Shown: one piece after another, positions 29,101-37,588 of the stretch
Numbering within the stretch: the first letter of the stretch is position 1
Layout of the letters: every line of letters begins with the position of its first letter
Made by a program: the position numbers and the translations under genes
From: a virus
Strand: one strand, 5' to 3'
Length of the DNA stretch: 64,000 nucleotides
Virus record (IMG/VR): IMGVR_UViG_3300025929_000015
Span: 1 to 64,000 of that record
The notes under the pieces: generated by a model
The model's database searches: none
Seen by the model: only the letters and a program-made list of their open reading frames with translations
What the model was told of the DNA's origin: nothing

Positions 29101-29343
29101 CCGTTCGCCGGCGGCGGCCTGGTCAAGAGCTTCGACTCCGGCGGCTGGCTGTCCCCGGGGCTGACCATGGCCTATAACGGGACGGGCAAGGCCGAGCGGG
29201 TCGGCGGCCCGCAGGCCGTCACCGTGGTCTTCGACGTAACCCCGTCCGGGAGCGCCTTCGACCAGTTCCTGCTGGCGTGGCTCAAGAAGAACGTCAAGAT
29301 CCGGGGCGGCGGTAACGTGCAGACAGCGTTCGGAGCGCACTGA
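23167..29343 (+). CDS. Tape measure protein with NlpC/P60 and lytic transglycosylase domains
   Basis: 2058 aa, helical. D.VPAMLS.GE motif; PYVFGG...DCSGF...GHV (NlpC/P60); AESGG...ASGLWQI (SLT-like); FDSGG...NGTGKAERV. Confidence 0.93.
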   Translation: MAKRLAEAYVSIEADSRLFRAEALAGLKKALAGVEAKIPLTADTKSAITQIEILKKRMEALGKQLAEVKIGADGKPLEATVRRLQLKLLEVAKTVASVTIGGDTTKIDAAIARSEARLVGLYRQASALKLDADEKALAAKIAKAEAELAGLEAQASGLQLDADDKALQAKLFKEYAQLETLNRKMSNLQLDADDKALLSKIATMKAQIVHLENAMGKMKIPMDIVAAKRKVDSLKADIAVLKDEASRIELSAHYEELLAAIDASEARIAVLKSDAADIELIAKAVALDAAVDASRAKLKVLKEDGRVELVARAVELNKTIAVEEDLLRGLKREAADIRIAGPDTGELAGAELSMLRLEKEFGDLRGSAGALNVALVTGGRNFGRFGLGVLTARVALFGGLSAVSGWHLALDGVVETLAVVVPALVTAAAGLAAFGIAGADAARAVYQRLQNIHTVADATNKTIAPMTGNLEALHAQVRPQVWQLYGDAIAIAGTKTGLFNQLAVSTGGVIDRFAAKITVLATTSGTGLSNFLKVGQRDLAEFGRIAASLGSAFGKLIQVTQQTHIAEYLLNIVGAAAKAFDIFTRLPLPLLATVVAIHGIYLWSGLAASGIIGLLRPLERMTAAAAGAKLAGTAVKDLADAGNASKFRTLGATLSDLGTNLKALPGRVVTLGKAFLGLFANGWTWAVVGVVLLAGLAIALSRTKSATDRFIDSLNTMVSRASVFTVINTLGAGLIQTNTRLAAANSAVAAGLKAMQDRMHSASSEAVQYGSNQNQLVNDTRALAAEHDKLAGQLTLVTGRLTYLTQAFGTQGLTGAMALAHLAGVNLNQLLSTDNKVWAAAVQQIAGVVQGYANMGQGATQLANDINVLTVVQSDQLKNVQTLNSAFDEFTKIVSGPVTGFLTLANTLKRFGSDASVAGAQMSGLGTGMTGVSKKVTDASLQLQTDFQDTFSAATQMADAMRLTGTASAQQVSAIRNVVQVMIPMAGSNKAAAAEVSALAQEAGGPATTNLKELAKWAGHTKDPLSAAQKAAQDAAISFYNMSLDAQKLGTTLSQDLTKDMAAAVENAVGLQGAMNKFALDLKNAGTSIVTTNSDRKALIADLALVGIKGKQADAIVNAISGTLKSSKGPVSDAAVAFENFAIHGLGLSQAKADALWKTLAASDLPALAAKADTTRAKFDDLAVKGLNLTQNQADALWKHLRMQYLDQIATKTDTSKTKFEQLAKDGLDLTKGAADALWTKLRQQYLDTLANKSDMTKAKFEQLASQMGITRGEADKLWASLRRVASGSPYVAKTIVEASGSGQITIQGSGWATGSGNVRFHAARGAYINAGSGPTADDVPAMLSKGELVVPTHMVKAGAVDHLRGKLPGFASGGLVGLADQAPGLPPQATRIAGNLATKAVSTFINKTMAAIKAEVNSNDALAGSGPAVVSYARSFLGKIPYVFGGNSLSSGIDCSGFTQAVYGHFGIHAPRTSESQFAWATKSAPTPGGLAFYVSPAGGPPPGHVAIVQDAKSVISQGGGMGPQIESLRFLPLMGTGVPKGGFPAAAGGGGNLPIGPGTGGRFSWGQLEQLWVRAGGRGGAAAAMASIAIAESGGDPRARNPSGASGLWQILGLPFPGNPFDPMTNARMAVAKYNANGFYPWISDPVAARLIAAGITRAKGGLVGYAAGGTAGGLRAQLAAEQRGEQAKYFGLEHSFAIGPAKYRTALTRQELATLARNQQLEVAAYRGLTGPGLTTAALHHLGATARAVQRTASDQELSRPASQGGHPLFAADLRKYLGQLSATASGTVPAGGGGTGGGTGGSGTPGGKITSARQLRAQLAAEQRGEQAKYFGLEHSFAIGPAKYRTKAVKAELAALTRNQAAELADYARVSGSGELADNVRLSGLNMANLKHLSRTADAESKTAAGFWLSHKPGGHPLFAKDLRKFLAQISATVAAGVTAAETGVPGLGLPPVTHTYGGDVGNRIAAFLSAVMAPFAGGGLVKSFDSGGWLSPGLTMAYNGTGKAERVGGPQAVTVVFDVTPSGSAFDQFLLAWLKKNVKIRGGGNVQTAFGAH

Positions 29344-32300
29344 TGGTCCAGCTGGTCAACGACTTCGCCGAGGGCACCAACGGCACCGCCCTGACGACCG
29401 GCAACACGGCCGGGTCCGGGGAGAACGCCTTCGACGTGGTCTCGGCCGGGGCCGGCACCACGCTGGCCTTCAGCAATACGGCCGTCGCGCACGGCACGCT
29501 GGCCGCCCAGGTCGCCACCGGCGGCACGGCGGCGGGCGCCTATATGGGCTGGTCTACCTCGCTCGGCGCGCAGGCCGTCCATTACGGGCGGATCTACGTC
29601 AACGTGTCGGGGACGCCCGCGGCCAGCGACGCGTTCGTCCAGTTCCAGTCCGGGTCGGGCGTCTTCGCCGGCGGGCTGCAGCTGACCACCGGCCGCCAGG
29701 TCGCCATCCAGCTGACCAGCCTCGCTATCCAGGCCACGATGTCCACGGTGCTGGCGGTCGGGACCTGGTACCGGATCGAGTGGAAGCTGGTGTCGTCGGC
29801 GTCCGGCGCCGGGCAGGTCACCGTCTCCCTCTACTCCGGTGATGCGGCGACCGCGACCGAGACCTACACCAGCGCGGCGACCCTGACGATAGGCGGGGCG
29901 GCCACCGACGCGGTGCTGGTCGGCTGGACCGGGGCGCACGCCGGCCAGCCCGCGGTCTACGTCGACGACGTGGCCCTGTCCACCACCGGGCCCCTGGGGC
30001 CCTGGTCCGGGCCGTCGGTGACCTCCCCGGTTATCGAGGTCTCCTCGTTCGGCACGTTCCCCGGGGTCAATCCCGGCGACATGATCAGCACCGTCACCGT
30101 GGCGGTCACCGAGCACCAGTCCAGCACCACCCAGCCGCCGTGCACGTTCGAGCTGTGGGACTACTCAGGCGGAACCCCGGCGCAGATCGGCTCGACCCAG
30201 AACGGAACCGCGTCTACCAGCCCGTCGAATGTGTCCAGCGCCGTGTTCACCGGGGTCACCTACCCGATGCTGGCGACCTTGCGGGTCCGGGTCTACGGCC
30301 ATTCCACCGCAACAGGCCAGTCCGAGTCGGTGGACAGCGTGTCGCTGCTGGTCAGCGCGGTGCCGCCGGAGACCTCCCCGTTCCTGGAGGTCTCCGCGTT
30401 CGGCACGTTCGCCGGGGTCCATCCCGGCGACACGATCAACTCGGTGACCGTCACGGTGACCGAGCACCAGTCCAGCATCGCCCAGCCGCCGTGCACGTTC
30501 GAGCTGTGGGATTACAGCGGCACCCCGGCCCAGATCGGCACCACCCAGACCGGCACCGCGTCCACCAGTGCCGGCAATGCCAGCACCGCGACCTTCACCG
30601 GGGTTACCTACCCCATGCTGGCCACGCTGCGGGTGCGGGTGTACGGCCACGGCTCCGCGGCGGGCCAGGTCGAGTCGGTGGACAGCGTGTCGCTGTCGGT
30701 CAGCGCCACGCCGGGGACGGGAGGGACCGCCACCCCGGCCACGCTGGCAGTCACCACCGCCCGGCCGGCCCCGGTCGTCACCGGCGGGAACGTCACCGCC
30801 GCCCCGGCCACGCTGGCGGTCACCACTGCCGAGCCGGTCCCGGCCGTCACCGGCGGCAACGTCGTCGTCACCCCGGCGACGCTGGCGGTCACCACCGCCG
30901 TGCCGCGCCCGGTCGTGACGGTGCCCGTCTTCGTGCCGACGTACTTCCCCGCGGTCGTGCTGGGCATCAAGGTGGAACTGCAGATCGCCGGGAACTGGAC
31001 CGACATCACCCGGTGGGCCTACCAGCGCAACCCGCTGCAGATCACCGGGATGGGCCGGGCGGACTGGACGTCCACCATGCAGGCGTCCCAGCTGACCATG
31101 ACGCTGAACAACCGGGACGGCCGGTTCACCCCGAAGAACAGCGCCGGGGCGTACTGGCCGAACATCACCCGGAACGTCCCGGTCCGGGTGTCGGTGACCA
31201 CCAAGTCCAGCACCGGGGTCACCTACAGCGGGTTCCGGTTCTTCGGGGAGGTCACCGAGTGGCCGCCGCGCTGGGACCCGTCGGGGCACGACGTCACCGT
31301 CGAGGTGGTGGCGTCGGGGATCTGGCGGCGGCTGTCCCAGCTGCAGACCACGCTGGGCTCGGCGTTCCGCCGGTACAACGTGAACACCGCGGCCGCCACC
31401 GGGATGCAGGCGTACTGGCCGTGCGAGGACGGGACCGGGTCGGGCCAGCTGGTCCCGTACGGGCCGCCGGCCGCGAACGCGGTCCAGCAGTTCGTCACCG
31501 GCCAGGCGGGCCTGTCGCTGACGGCCAACTCCGATTTCAGCGGCAGCGACGCGATCTGCGTGCTGAACGCCGCGGCCATCACCGCGACCGTCCCGGCCGG
31601 GGGGGTCGCGTCGAACAACGTCACCCGGTTCGTCATCTCGGTGCCCGCGGCCGGCGACTCGGCGTCCGGGACCACGAACTGGAACCTGATCGAGATCGAC
31701 TCAGGCGGCACGGTCGCGAAATTCGAGGTGTACCTGAACGCTACCGGGACGCTGCTGATGCAGCTGCGCAATTCCGCCGGGACCGTGATCGCGTCCGGGG
31801 TGACGACCACGAACGTCAAGGGCGTCCCGTACCTGGTCTCATGCGAGCTGACGCCCAGCGGCGGCAGCGTGGCGTTCGCGCTGCGGATCATCAAGCAGAA
31901 CGCCGGCGGGATCACCGAGAGCATGCTCGGCACGGTCGGCGGGCTGGTGGGCGCGGTCAGCAAGGTGGTGGTCTCCCGGGCGTTCGCGCTGAACGACACC
32001 GCGTTCGGGCACCTGTCGGTGTCCTACGGCGCGCCGACCTCGCTGGTCCAGGCAGCCGGGGCGCTGGCCGGCTACATCGGGGAGACGGCGATGGACCGGT
32101 TCACCCGGCTGTGCGGCGAGATGGGCATCGCCACCGAGACGATCGGGACGGCCGCCTCGACCGCGCCGCTGGGGCCGCAGGTGGACGACACCCTGGCGAA
32201 CGTGCTGCAGTCCATCGAGGACACCGACTGCGGGCTGCTGTATGAGTCGCGCAGCCAGTTCGGGCTGGGCTACCGGTCGAACGCGTCGATGGCGAACCAG

Positions 32301-34034
32301 GCCGCCGCGGTCGTGCTGAACTACACCGCGCCGGTGCTGGACTCCTCGCTGGCCCCGGTCTATGACGACCAGCTGACCCGCAACAACGTCACCGTGTCGA
32401 ACTGGACCGGGTACACCCAGCAGGCCATCTTGACGACCGGGCCGATGAGCGTGCTGAACCCGCCGGCCGGGGTCGGGAACGGGTACGCCTACCAGCGTGC
32501 CGTGACGGCCGCGGCCGACTCCCAGCTGCCCGGGATCGCGAATTTCCTGCTGAACCTCGGGTCGGCCGATGAGATCCGGTTCCCGGTCATCACCGTGAAG
32601 ATGGTCCGCACCCAGGCCGCGCCGCTGCTCGCGGCGATCCCCGCGCTGCGGATCGGGGACTACCTGCAGATCACCAACCCGCCGCCGTTCCTGCCCCAGA
32701 CCACGATCCGGCAGCTGGCCTGGGGGTATGCCGAGACGCTGAACGCCAAGGAGTGGACGTTCAGCTTCAACACGGTGCCCGAGTCGCCGTGGGAGGTCGG
32801 ATTCTCCCCCGGGACCATCCAGACCGCGCAGATCCCCGGGGGCAGCCCGGTCACCTCGCAGGCCCCCGGCAGCGGGTTCGGCTCGCTGGCGAACGGGTCG
32901 ATCACCCCGGCGATGCTCAACTCCGGCATCACCATCCACACCCTCGGCGGCAACGCGGTCACCATCTCGTTCACCGCGCCGGCCAACCCCAACACCGGCG
33001 ACATCTGGATCGCCGCGGCGACCGGGCTGCTGTCGCAGTGGAACGGCACGGCGTGGATCCCGTTCAAGTTCGACGGGTCGGTGACCATCCAGGGCAACAC
33101 GATCACCGCCGGCCAGATCGCCGCGGGGACCATCGTGGCGTCCAACATCGCGGCCGGGACGATCACCGCGGCGCTGCTGGCCGCGGGCATCATCGTCGCG
33201 GGCATCGTGGACGCCACCACCATCACCGGGTCGGTGGTGCAGACTGCCGCCGCGGCGCCGTGCGTCATCATGGACGGCACCCGCGACTCCATCTTCGGCT
33301 ACAACGCGGCCACCGGGCTGCTGTTCAGCCTGGCCGGGGCGGGCGGGACCGATTTCTTCGGCCACACCTACCCGCAGGGCCTGTACTCCCAGCAGATGAC
33401 CCTGGCCAACCAGGTTGTCGCGCCCGCCTCGTTCGGCAATGCCAGCGTGTTCTACTCCTCGGTGACCGGGCGTCCCCGCTACCTGAACTCGGCGGGCTCG
33501 GACGCGGTGCTGGAGCGGTCCTCGGTGAACACGGCGCAGTTCACGGTCGGCAACACGGCGACGCCCGGGCCGATCTCCGCGCTGATGAGCATCTTCCCCA
33601 ACGAGGGCGAGCAGTCCAGCGAGTACGAAATCGAGTGCTCCGGTTCGGCGCACTTCGGCACGGCGGCGAACCACAACCTGGACTTCCGGCTGTTCAAGGA
33701 CGGATCGGCGTACGCCCCGGGCGGCACGCAGCTGAACGCGATGACGCTGGACAACAGCATTGTCGGCACCGGGATCTCCATCGCGTACACGGTGACCTTC
33801 CGGGTGACCTACATCGGGTCCAGCCTGGCGAACCTGGAGGCAGTGGGGTTCTGGCGGGACCAGAACGCCACGACGCTGATGGCCAGCAACACCGGGACCA
33901 TGGGAGGTAATGCCCAGAACCTGGCCTGGGACCCCACGATCAGCCATACGCTGGAGATCCGGGCATCGTGGGGAACGACGCAGGCCGGGCAGACGCTGAC
34001 GACGTACCGGACCAAGATGGCAAGGAGAATGTGA
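29343..34034 (+). CDS. Large tail tip/baseplate-fiber fusion protein
   Basis: Follows TMP; VELQIAGNWTDIT...TLNNRDGRFTP hub-like motif, YWPCEDG and ITA..IAAGTI repeats. Confidence 0.8.
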   Translation: MVQLVNDFAEGTNGTALTTGNTAGSGENAFDVVSAGAGTTLAFSNTAVAHGTLAAQVATGGTAAGAYMGWSTSLGAQAVHYGRIYVNVSGTPAASDAFVQFQSGSGVFAGGLQLTTGRQVAIQLTSLAIQATMSTVLAVGTWYRIEWKLVSSASGAGQVTVSLYSGDAATATETYTSAATLTIGGAATDAVLVGWTGAHAGQPAVYVDDVALSTTGPLGPWSGPSVTSPVIEVSSFGTFPGVNPGDMISTVTVAVTEHQSSTTQPPCTFELWDYSGGTPAQIGSTQNGTASTSPSNVSSAVFTGVTYPMLATLRVRVYGHSTATGQSESVDSVSLLVSAVPPETSPFLEVSAFGTFAGVHPGDTINSVTVTVTEHQSSIAQPPCTFELWDYSGTPAQIGTTQTGTASTSAGNASTATFTGVTYPMLATLRVRVYGHGSAAGQVESVDSVSLSVSATPGTGGTATPATLAVTTARPAPVVTGGNVTAAPATLAVTTAEPVPAVTGGNVVVTPATLAVTTAVPRPVVTVPVFVPTYFPAVVLGIKVELQIAGNWTDITRWAYQRNPLQITGMGRADWTSTMQASQLTMTLNNRDGRFTPKNSAGAYWPNITRNVPVRVSVTTKSSTGVTYSGFRFFGEVTEWPPRWDPSGHDVTVEVVASGIWRRLSQLQTTLGSAFRRYNVNTAAATGMQAYWPCEDGTGSGQLVPYGPPAANAVQQFVTGQAGLSLTANSDFSGSDAICVLNAAAITATVPAGGVASNNVTRFVISVPAAGDSASGTTNWNLIEIDSGGTVAKFEVYLNATGTLLMQLRNSAGTVIASGVTTTNVKGVPYLVSCELTPSGGSVAFALRIIKQNAGGITESMLGTVGGLVGAVSKVVVSRAFALNDTAFGHLSVSYGAPTSLVQAAGALAGYIGETAMDRFTRLCGEMGIATETIGTAASTAPLGPQVDDTLANVLQSIEDTDCGLLYESRSQFGLGYRSNASMANQAAAVVLNYTAPVLDSSLAPVYDDQLTRNNVTVSNWTGYTQQAILTTGPMSVLNPPAGVGNGYAYQRAVTAAADSQLPGIANFLLNLGSADEIRFPVITVKMVRTQAAPLLAAIPALRIGDYLQITNPPPFLPQTTIRQLAWGYAETLNAKEWTFSFNTVPESPWEVGFSPGTIQTAQIPGGSPVTSQAPGSGFGSLANGSITPAMLNSGITIHTLGGNAVTISFTAPANPNTGDIWIAAATGLLSQWNGTAWIPFKFDGSVTIQGNTITAGQIAAGTIVASNIAAGTITAALLAAGIIVAGIVDATTITGSVVQTAAAAPCVIMDGTRDSIFGYNAATGLLFSLAGAGGTDFFGHTYPQGLYSQQMTLANQVVAPASFGNASVFYSSVTGRPRYLNSAGSDAVLERSSVNTAQFTVGNTATPGPISALMSIFPNEGEQSSEYEIECSGSAHFGTAANHNLDFRLFKDGSAYAPGGTQLNAMTLDNSIVGTGISIAYTVTFRVTYIGSSLANLEAVGFWRDQNATTLMASNTGTMGGNAQNLAWDPTISHTLEIRASWGTTQAGQTLTTYRTKMARRM

Positions 34035-34037
34035 CCC

Positions 34038-34454
34038 GTGACCGCGAACCTGCCGGTGCTGGACTCCACCATGCACGTGGCCGGCGTCATGTACGCCTGC
34101 ACGTTCGGGCTGACCACGGCCAGCAGCGGCCTGGTCACGTTCCAGGTGCCGGCCCCGGTGCAGTTCGCGTTCACCTTCGACACCGGCCGCACCCAGCCGG
34201 ACCCGGCGGTGAGCGTATACGACGTCACCACGGACACGTCCTGGTTCAACCAGGCCGCGACCGAGGCCGCGATCAAGTCCGCGCTGGACACGATCTGCAC
34301 GCAGATCGCCGCGATGCTCGGCGTCACCCAGGCCGCAGTCCAGGCCACCGTCACGGTCAAGCGGGCGTGGCGGGTCGCAGCCAACCAGGAAGGGGACGCG
34401 GCGCCGGTGCAGGTCCCGCCGTTCATCTACTCCGAGGCCATGGCCTACCCGTAA
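34038..34454 (+). CDS. Hypothetical tail-associated protein
   Basis: Operon context; ends with TAA 34452-34454. Confidence 0.6.
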   Translation: MTANLPVLDSTMHVAGVMYACTFGLTTASSGLVTFQVPAPVQFAFTFDTGRTQPDPAVSVYDVTTDTSWFNQAATEAAIKSALDTICTQIAAMLGVTQAAVQATVTVKRAWRVAANQEGDAAPVQVPPFIYSEAMAYP

Positions 34455-35015
34455 CTTCTTCAGCACGAACGCGAGCACCGAGCCCAGCGCGATCAGCATC
34501 GAGGCGATCATGATGATCACGACAGCGGTCTGGCTGAACCGCTCCCGGGCGGTGCTCACGTCCCCGGCGTGCTCCTTGATCCCGCGGGTCAGCGACTCGA
34601 TCGCGGTCAGCCGGGTCCGCACGTCGTCGATCTTTCCGGTCATCGCGTCGTGCGCGGTGCTGTACTCGGCCCGGGGCAGGTACATCTTGGTCTGGTCGGT
34701 CAGCGCGGCCCGGAACTCGTTGACGCCCTCGAACCGTTTCTCGCTGGCGGTCTCGGCCTTGGTGACGGCCTTCTCCGCGGCCGCCAGGGCCGCGGTGACG
34801 GCACGGCCGGCGTCGTCCAGCCGCTGGTTGATCAGCCGGTCCAGCGCGTCGATCTTATCGCCGAGGATCCGGTCCAGCACGGCCAGCTCGCGCCGGTAGC
34901 TGACCGTGGCCTTGTCGACCGCTTCGGTGGTCAGCTTGGTGGGGTCCGGGCGGGGCACCAGGTCGGCGCGTTCCCAGCCGCCGGTACTGGTGCCGGCCGG
35001 CTCTGGCTGGGTCAC
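34452..35015 (-). CDS. Coiled-coil protein with C-terminal TM anchor (187 aa); ends ...VLKK followed by TTA
   Basis: RBS GGAGG plus GTG 35015; strong GC3 bias. No standard stop until 31839. Confidence 0.75.
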
Positions 35016-35054
35016 CCCTCCAGTTAACCATCCCCCGACTGCAGGAGAGCCCGT

Positions 35055-35681
35055 ATGCCCGACGATCCGAGGCTGGCCCCGCTCGGTAAGTTCACGCCCG
35101 AAGGTGTCCTGACGCCGGGATACGGCGAGAGCTACTTGTTTTTCGTGGGTCGCGATGATGTTCACCAGATCCTGCTGTACCTGATCACCCATGAAACCCG
35201 CCGGTTCCGCCTGAATATGTTCGGCTACGATGACGCTCCTCTTAATGCCGCGATTCTGGTGCTGATGAAGAACCCCAACGTAGCGGTGCAGTGCACCCTG
35301 GACAGGTCTCAGGCGGGCGGGGCGACTGAGGGGAAGATCCTCGCGGCGGACGTGGCGAACAACCCGGATTTCTATAACAGCTTCGCCGTCGGCATGTCGG
35401 CTACGCACCAGATCAGTCACACGAAGGGCGGGGTGCTGTCGGCGCAGGGCCTGTGGTTCGAGGGCAGTACCAACTGGTCGGCGTCGGGAGAGGGTACCGG
35501 CATCAAGCTCGACCCAAGGGCCGTTCCGGCGCCTGGTTTCCGGTCTCAGAACAATACACTGCTGGTCAGCGCTAACGCGGTCAACCTGATCCAGTTTTCC
35601 GACCGACTTGACGTGGAGCACTTGATCGCGATTCAGCAGCAGGCGGCGAGGGCGGCGAAAGAGGTCGCGGCGGCTAAGTTA
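35055..35681 (+). CDS. Phospholipase D-superfamily (Nuc-like) protein; apparent end at TTA 35679-35681
   Basis: HTKGGVL...EGSTNWS HKD-type motif and QNN. Confidence 0.75.
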
Positions 35682-35685
35682 CCGG

Positions 35686-35716
35686 CTACGATAGCACCAC
35701 CGTGGTGCTATCGTAG
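35686..35716. promoter_or_regulatory. Perfect 31-bp palindrome, likely operator/promoter of the Arc-like gene
   Basis: ctacgatagcaccac-c-gtggtgctatcgtag; overlaps a TATCGT -10 element 6 nt before ATG 35721 (leaderless). Confidence 0.75.
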
Positions 35717-35720
35717 TGTA

Positions 35721-35963
35721 ATGAGTGACGACGAAACGCGCATGACGCTCCGATTGCCTGCCCGCATGCGTGAGCAGCTAGGGGCAACTGCTTCACAGAA
35801 TCGCCGTAGTGTCCACGCTCAGGTGCTCATCTACATCGAGCTGGGCCTGGCTATCGGCGACACCCGCGTTGAGCTGGAGCTGGCGGCATTGCACAATCCC
35901 GCGATCCGGGCAGCGGTGAAAGAAGCGAAGTCAGGCGGGGGAGCCGGTCCCCGCCCGCGATGA
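35721..35963 (+). CDS. Arc-family ribbon-helix-helix regulator
   Basis: RMTLRLPARMREQL...A.QNRRS.HAQV motif. Confidence 0.8.
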   Translation: MSDDETRMTLRLPARMREQLGATASQNRRSVHAQVLIYIELGLAIGDTRVELELAALHNPAIRAAVKEAKSGGGAGPRPR

Positions 35964-36451
35964 GCACGCCGGAAGCTCGCAGGAGAGCCCAGCAAGCGTT
36001 CCACGCGCGGAACCCAGGGTACCGGGCTGCACTGATGAAGAGGTACCGGGAGCGTAATCCTGAGAAGGCGCGCGAATCTACCGCAAAGTATGCAGCCAAG
36101 CCGGAAGTGAAGGCGGCCAAAGCGATCCGGATGAAGGCGTGGCGTGGAGCCAATCCTGAACGATCACGCCAGTACGTGCGGGATTATCAGCGACGCCGCC
36201 GGTCGACGGTGGTGGGTGACATCCGTGAAATCGAAGCATGGATGCGGGTACTCGAATGCGATCCCTGCGTGTACTGCGGCGGCCCTGGCGGCGAGATTGA
36301 TCACATCGTGGCCCTGGCCAGAGGCGGGAATCATTCTGTGGACAACCTGACGGGTGCGTGTAAGTCGTGTAATAGCAGTAAGCAGACGGCAGGACTCCTG
36401 CGCTTTATGCTCCGGCAGGCCCAGAATAATAAGCCCGCGGCCGCCACGTAA
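35960..36451 (+). CDS. HNH endonuclease
   Basis: CVYCG...IDHIVALARGG...NLTGACKSCNSSK. Confidence 0.9.
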   Translation: MSTPEARRRAQQAFHARNPGYRAALMKRYRERNPEKARESTAKYAAKPEVKAAKAIRMKAWRGANPERSRQYVRDYQRRRRSTVVGDIREIEAWMRVLECDPCVYCGGPGGEIDHIVALARGGNHSVDNLTGACKSCNSSKQTAGLLRFMLRQAQNNKPAAAT

Positions 36452-36504
36452 CGGCTGACTCCGCGCGCACCCGCGCGCACTTCCGCACCATCTCTGGAGG
36501 CCCC

Positions 36505-37404
36505 GTGCCCACGTTCACCGTCGACTACGAGCGGATCCCCGAGCTGCCCGGCGCGGGCCGGCTCGGCCGCCACTACCACCGCGACTCGCGCGCCGCCGCC
36601 TACCGGCACCGGCGTACCGCCCGGTCCGTCGCCGACGTCGCGTGGTTCCGGCACACGCCGGTCCTGGATCAGGGCCAGCTCGGCAGCTGCACCGGAAATG
36701 CGGAGACGGGGGCGCTGGGCTGCGACCCGCTGTTCGGCGCGCTGCCCGCCGGGTACCCGGCGCTGGACGAGGCGCTGGCGGTCAGCATCTACTCCGACGC
36801 GGAGAAGATCGACGGCGGGGCCGGCTACCCGCCCGAGGACCAGGGGTCGTCTGGCCAGTCAGTGTGCAAGGTGGCGCAGAACCGGGGGCTGATCTCCGGC
36901 TACACCTGGTGCCAGGACCTGGCCGACATGCTGGACGCGCTGCAGGCGGGCCCGGTGATCATCGGCATCAACTGGTATACCAGCTTCGACTCCCCGGACA
37001 GCGCCGGGATCGTCCAGCTGCCGCCCGGCGCGACCGTCCGCGGCGGCCACGAGGTCCTGGTCCGGCAGCTGGACACGGCCGGGAAGCTGATCTGGTGCGA
37101 CAACTCGTGGGGGCCGTCGTTCGGGCTGGCGGGCCGGTTCGCGCTGCCGTACGCGGTGATGACCCGGCTGTTCGCCGAGCAGGGCGACTGCGCGGCCCCC
37201 CAGCCCGCCTCCGCCCCGGCCCCCGTCCCCGTCCCGGTGCCCGTCCCGGTGCCGGTTCCGGTACCGGGCCCGCACATCGACGACGCGGACCGGGCGCTCG
37301 CCGGGGCGATCCCCGCCGGCTGGCTGACCGGGTCGCACACCGGCGGCAACAAGCGCGTCGCCGCCGCGGTCCGCACCTGGGAACGGGCCAAGGGGCTCCT
37401 GTAA
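36505..37404 (+). CDS. Papain-like C1 cysteine peptidase (possible lysin)
   Basis: DQGQLGSCTG, GGHEV and NSWG catalytic motifs; PV linker. Confidence 0.85.
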   Translation: MPTFTVDYERIPELPGAGRLGRHYHRDSRAAAYRHRRTARSVADVAWFRHTPVLDQGQLGSCTGNAETGALGCDPLFGALPAGYPALDEALAVSIYSDAEKIDGGAGYPPEDQGSSGQSVCKVAQNRGLISGYTWCQDLADMLDALQAGPVIIGINWYTSFDSPDSAGIVQLPPGATVRGGHEVLVRQLDTAGKLIWCDNSWGPSFGLAGRFALPYAVMTRLFAEQGDCAAPQPASAPAPVPVPVPVPVPVPVPGPHIDDADRALAGAIPAGWLTGSHTGGNKRVAAAVRTWERAKGLL

Positions 37405-37588
37405 ATCCGGCCCGCCCCCGGCTGAATCACCGGCCGGGCGGTGGGATTCCTGGTCACGCCGTCACGGTGATGAACTCGTTACTTTCGCCGTGAATCACCG
37501 GGCGCGCAAAGAATCGGGGTGATTCACGCGGCGGGACGCCGATCAGGTCTACTGTCCGTCTGGTACCCAACCAGACAAGGACAGCACA

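Noticed and set aside
23179-29340. Very long antisense ORFs (also 9712-13065 and most of 31839-35621)
   Set aside because: Shadow frames of GC-rich genes with no protein motifs. Only 34455-35015 within the last one looks real.
34455-35024. DNA inversion explaining the stop-less gene (flipping it would place TAA 35025 in frame)
   Set aside because: Only a 5-bp inverted repeat, whose use would not restore the stop, and no invertase seen. The TTA pattern recurs at four other gene ends. Not fully excluded without reads.
36483-36497. Isolated half-unit ccgc-N8-tgg (a similar one lies near 37459)
   Set aside because: Single motif without a matching partner and closing stem; not counted among the 12 units.
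37405-37588. c-di-AMP (ydaO) riboswitch
   Set aside because: The context fits and GCTGAATC is present, but the conserved CCCGAACCCGTCAGCTAAC-type 3' block is missing.
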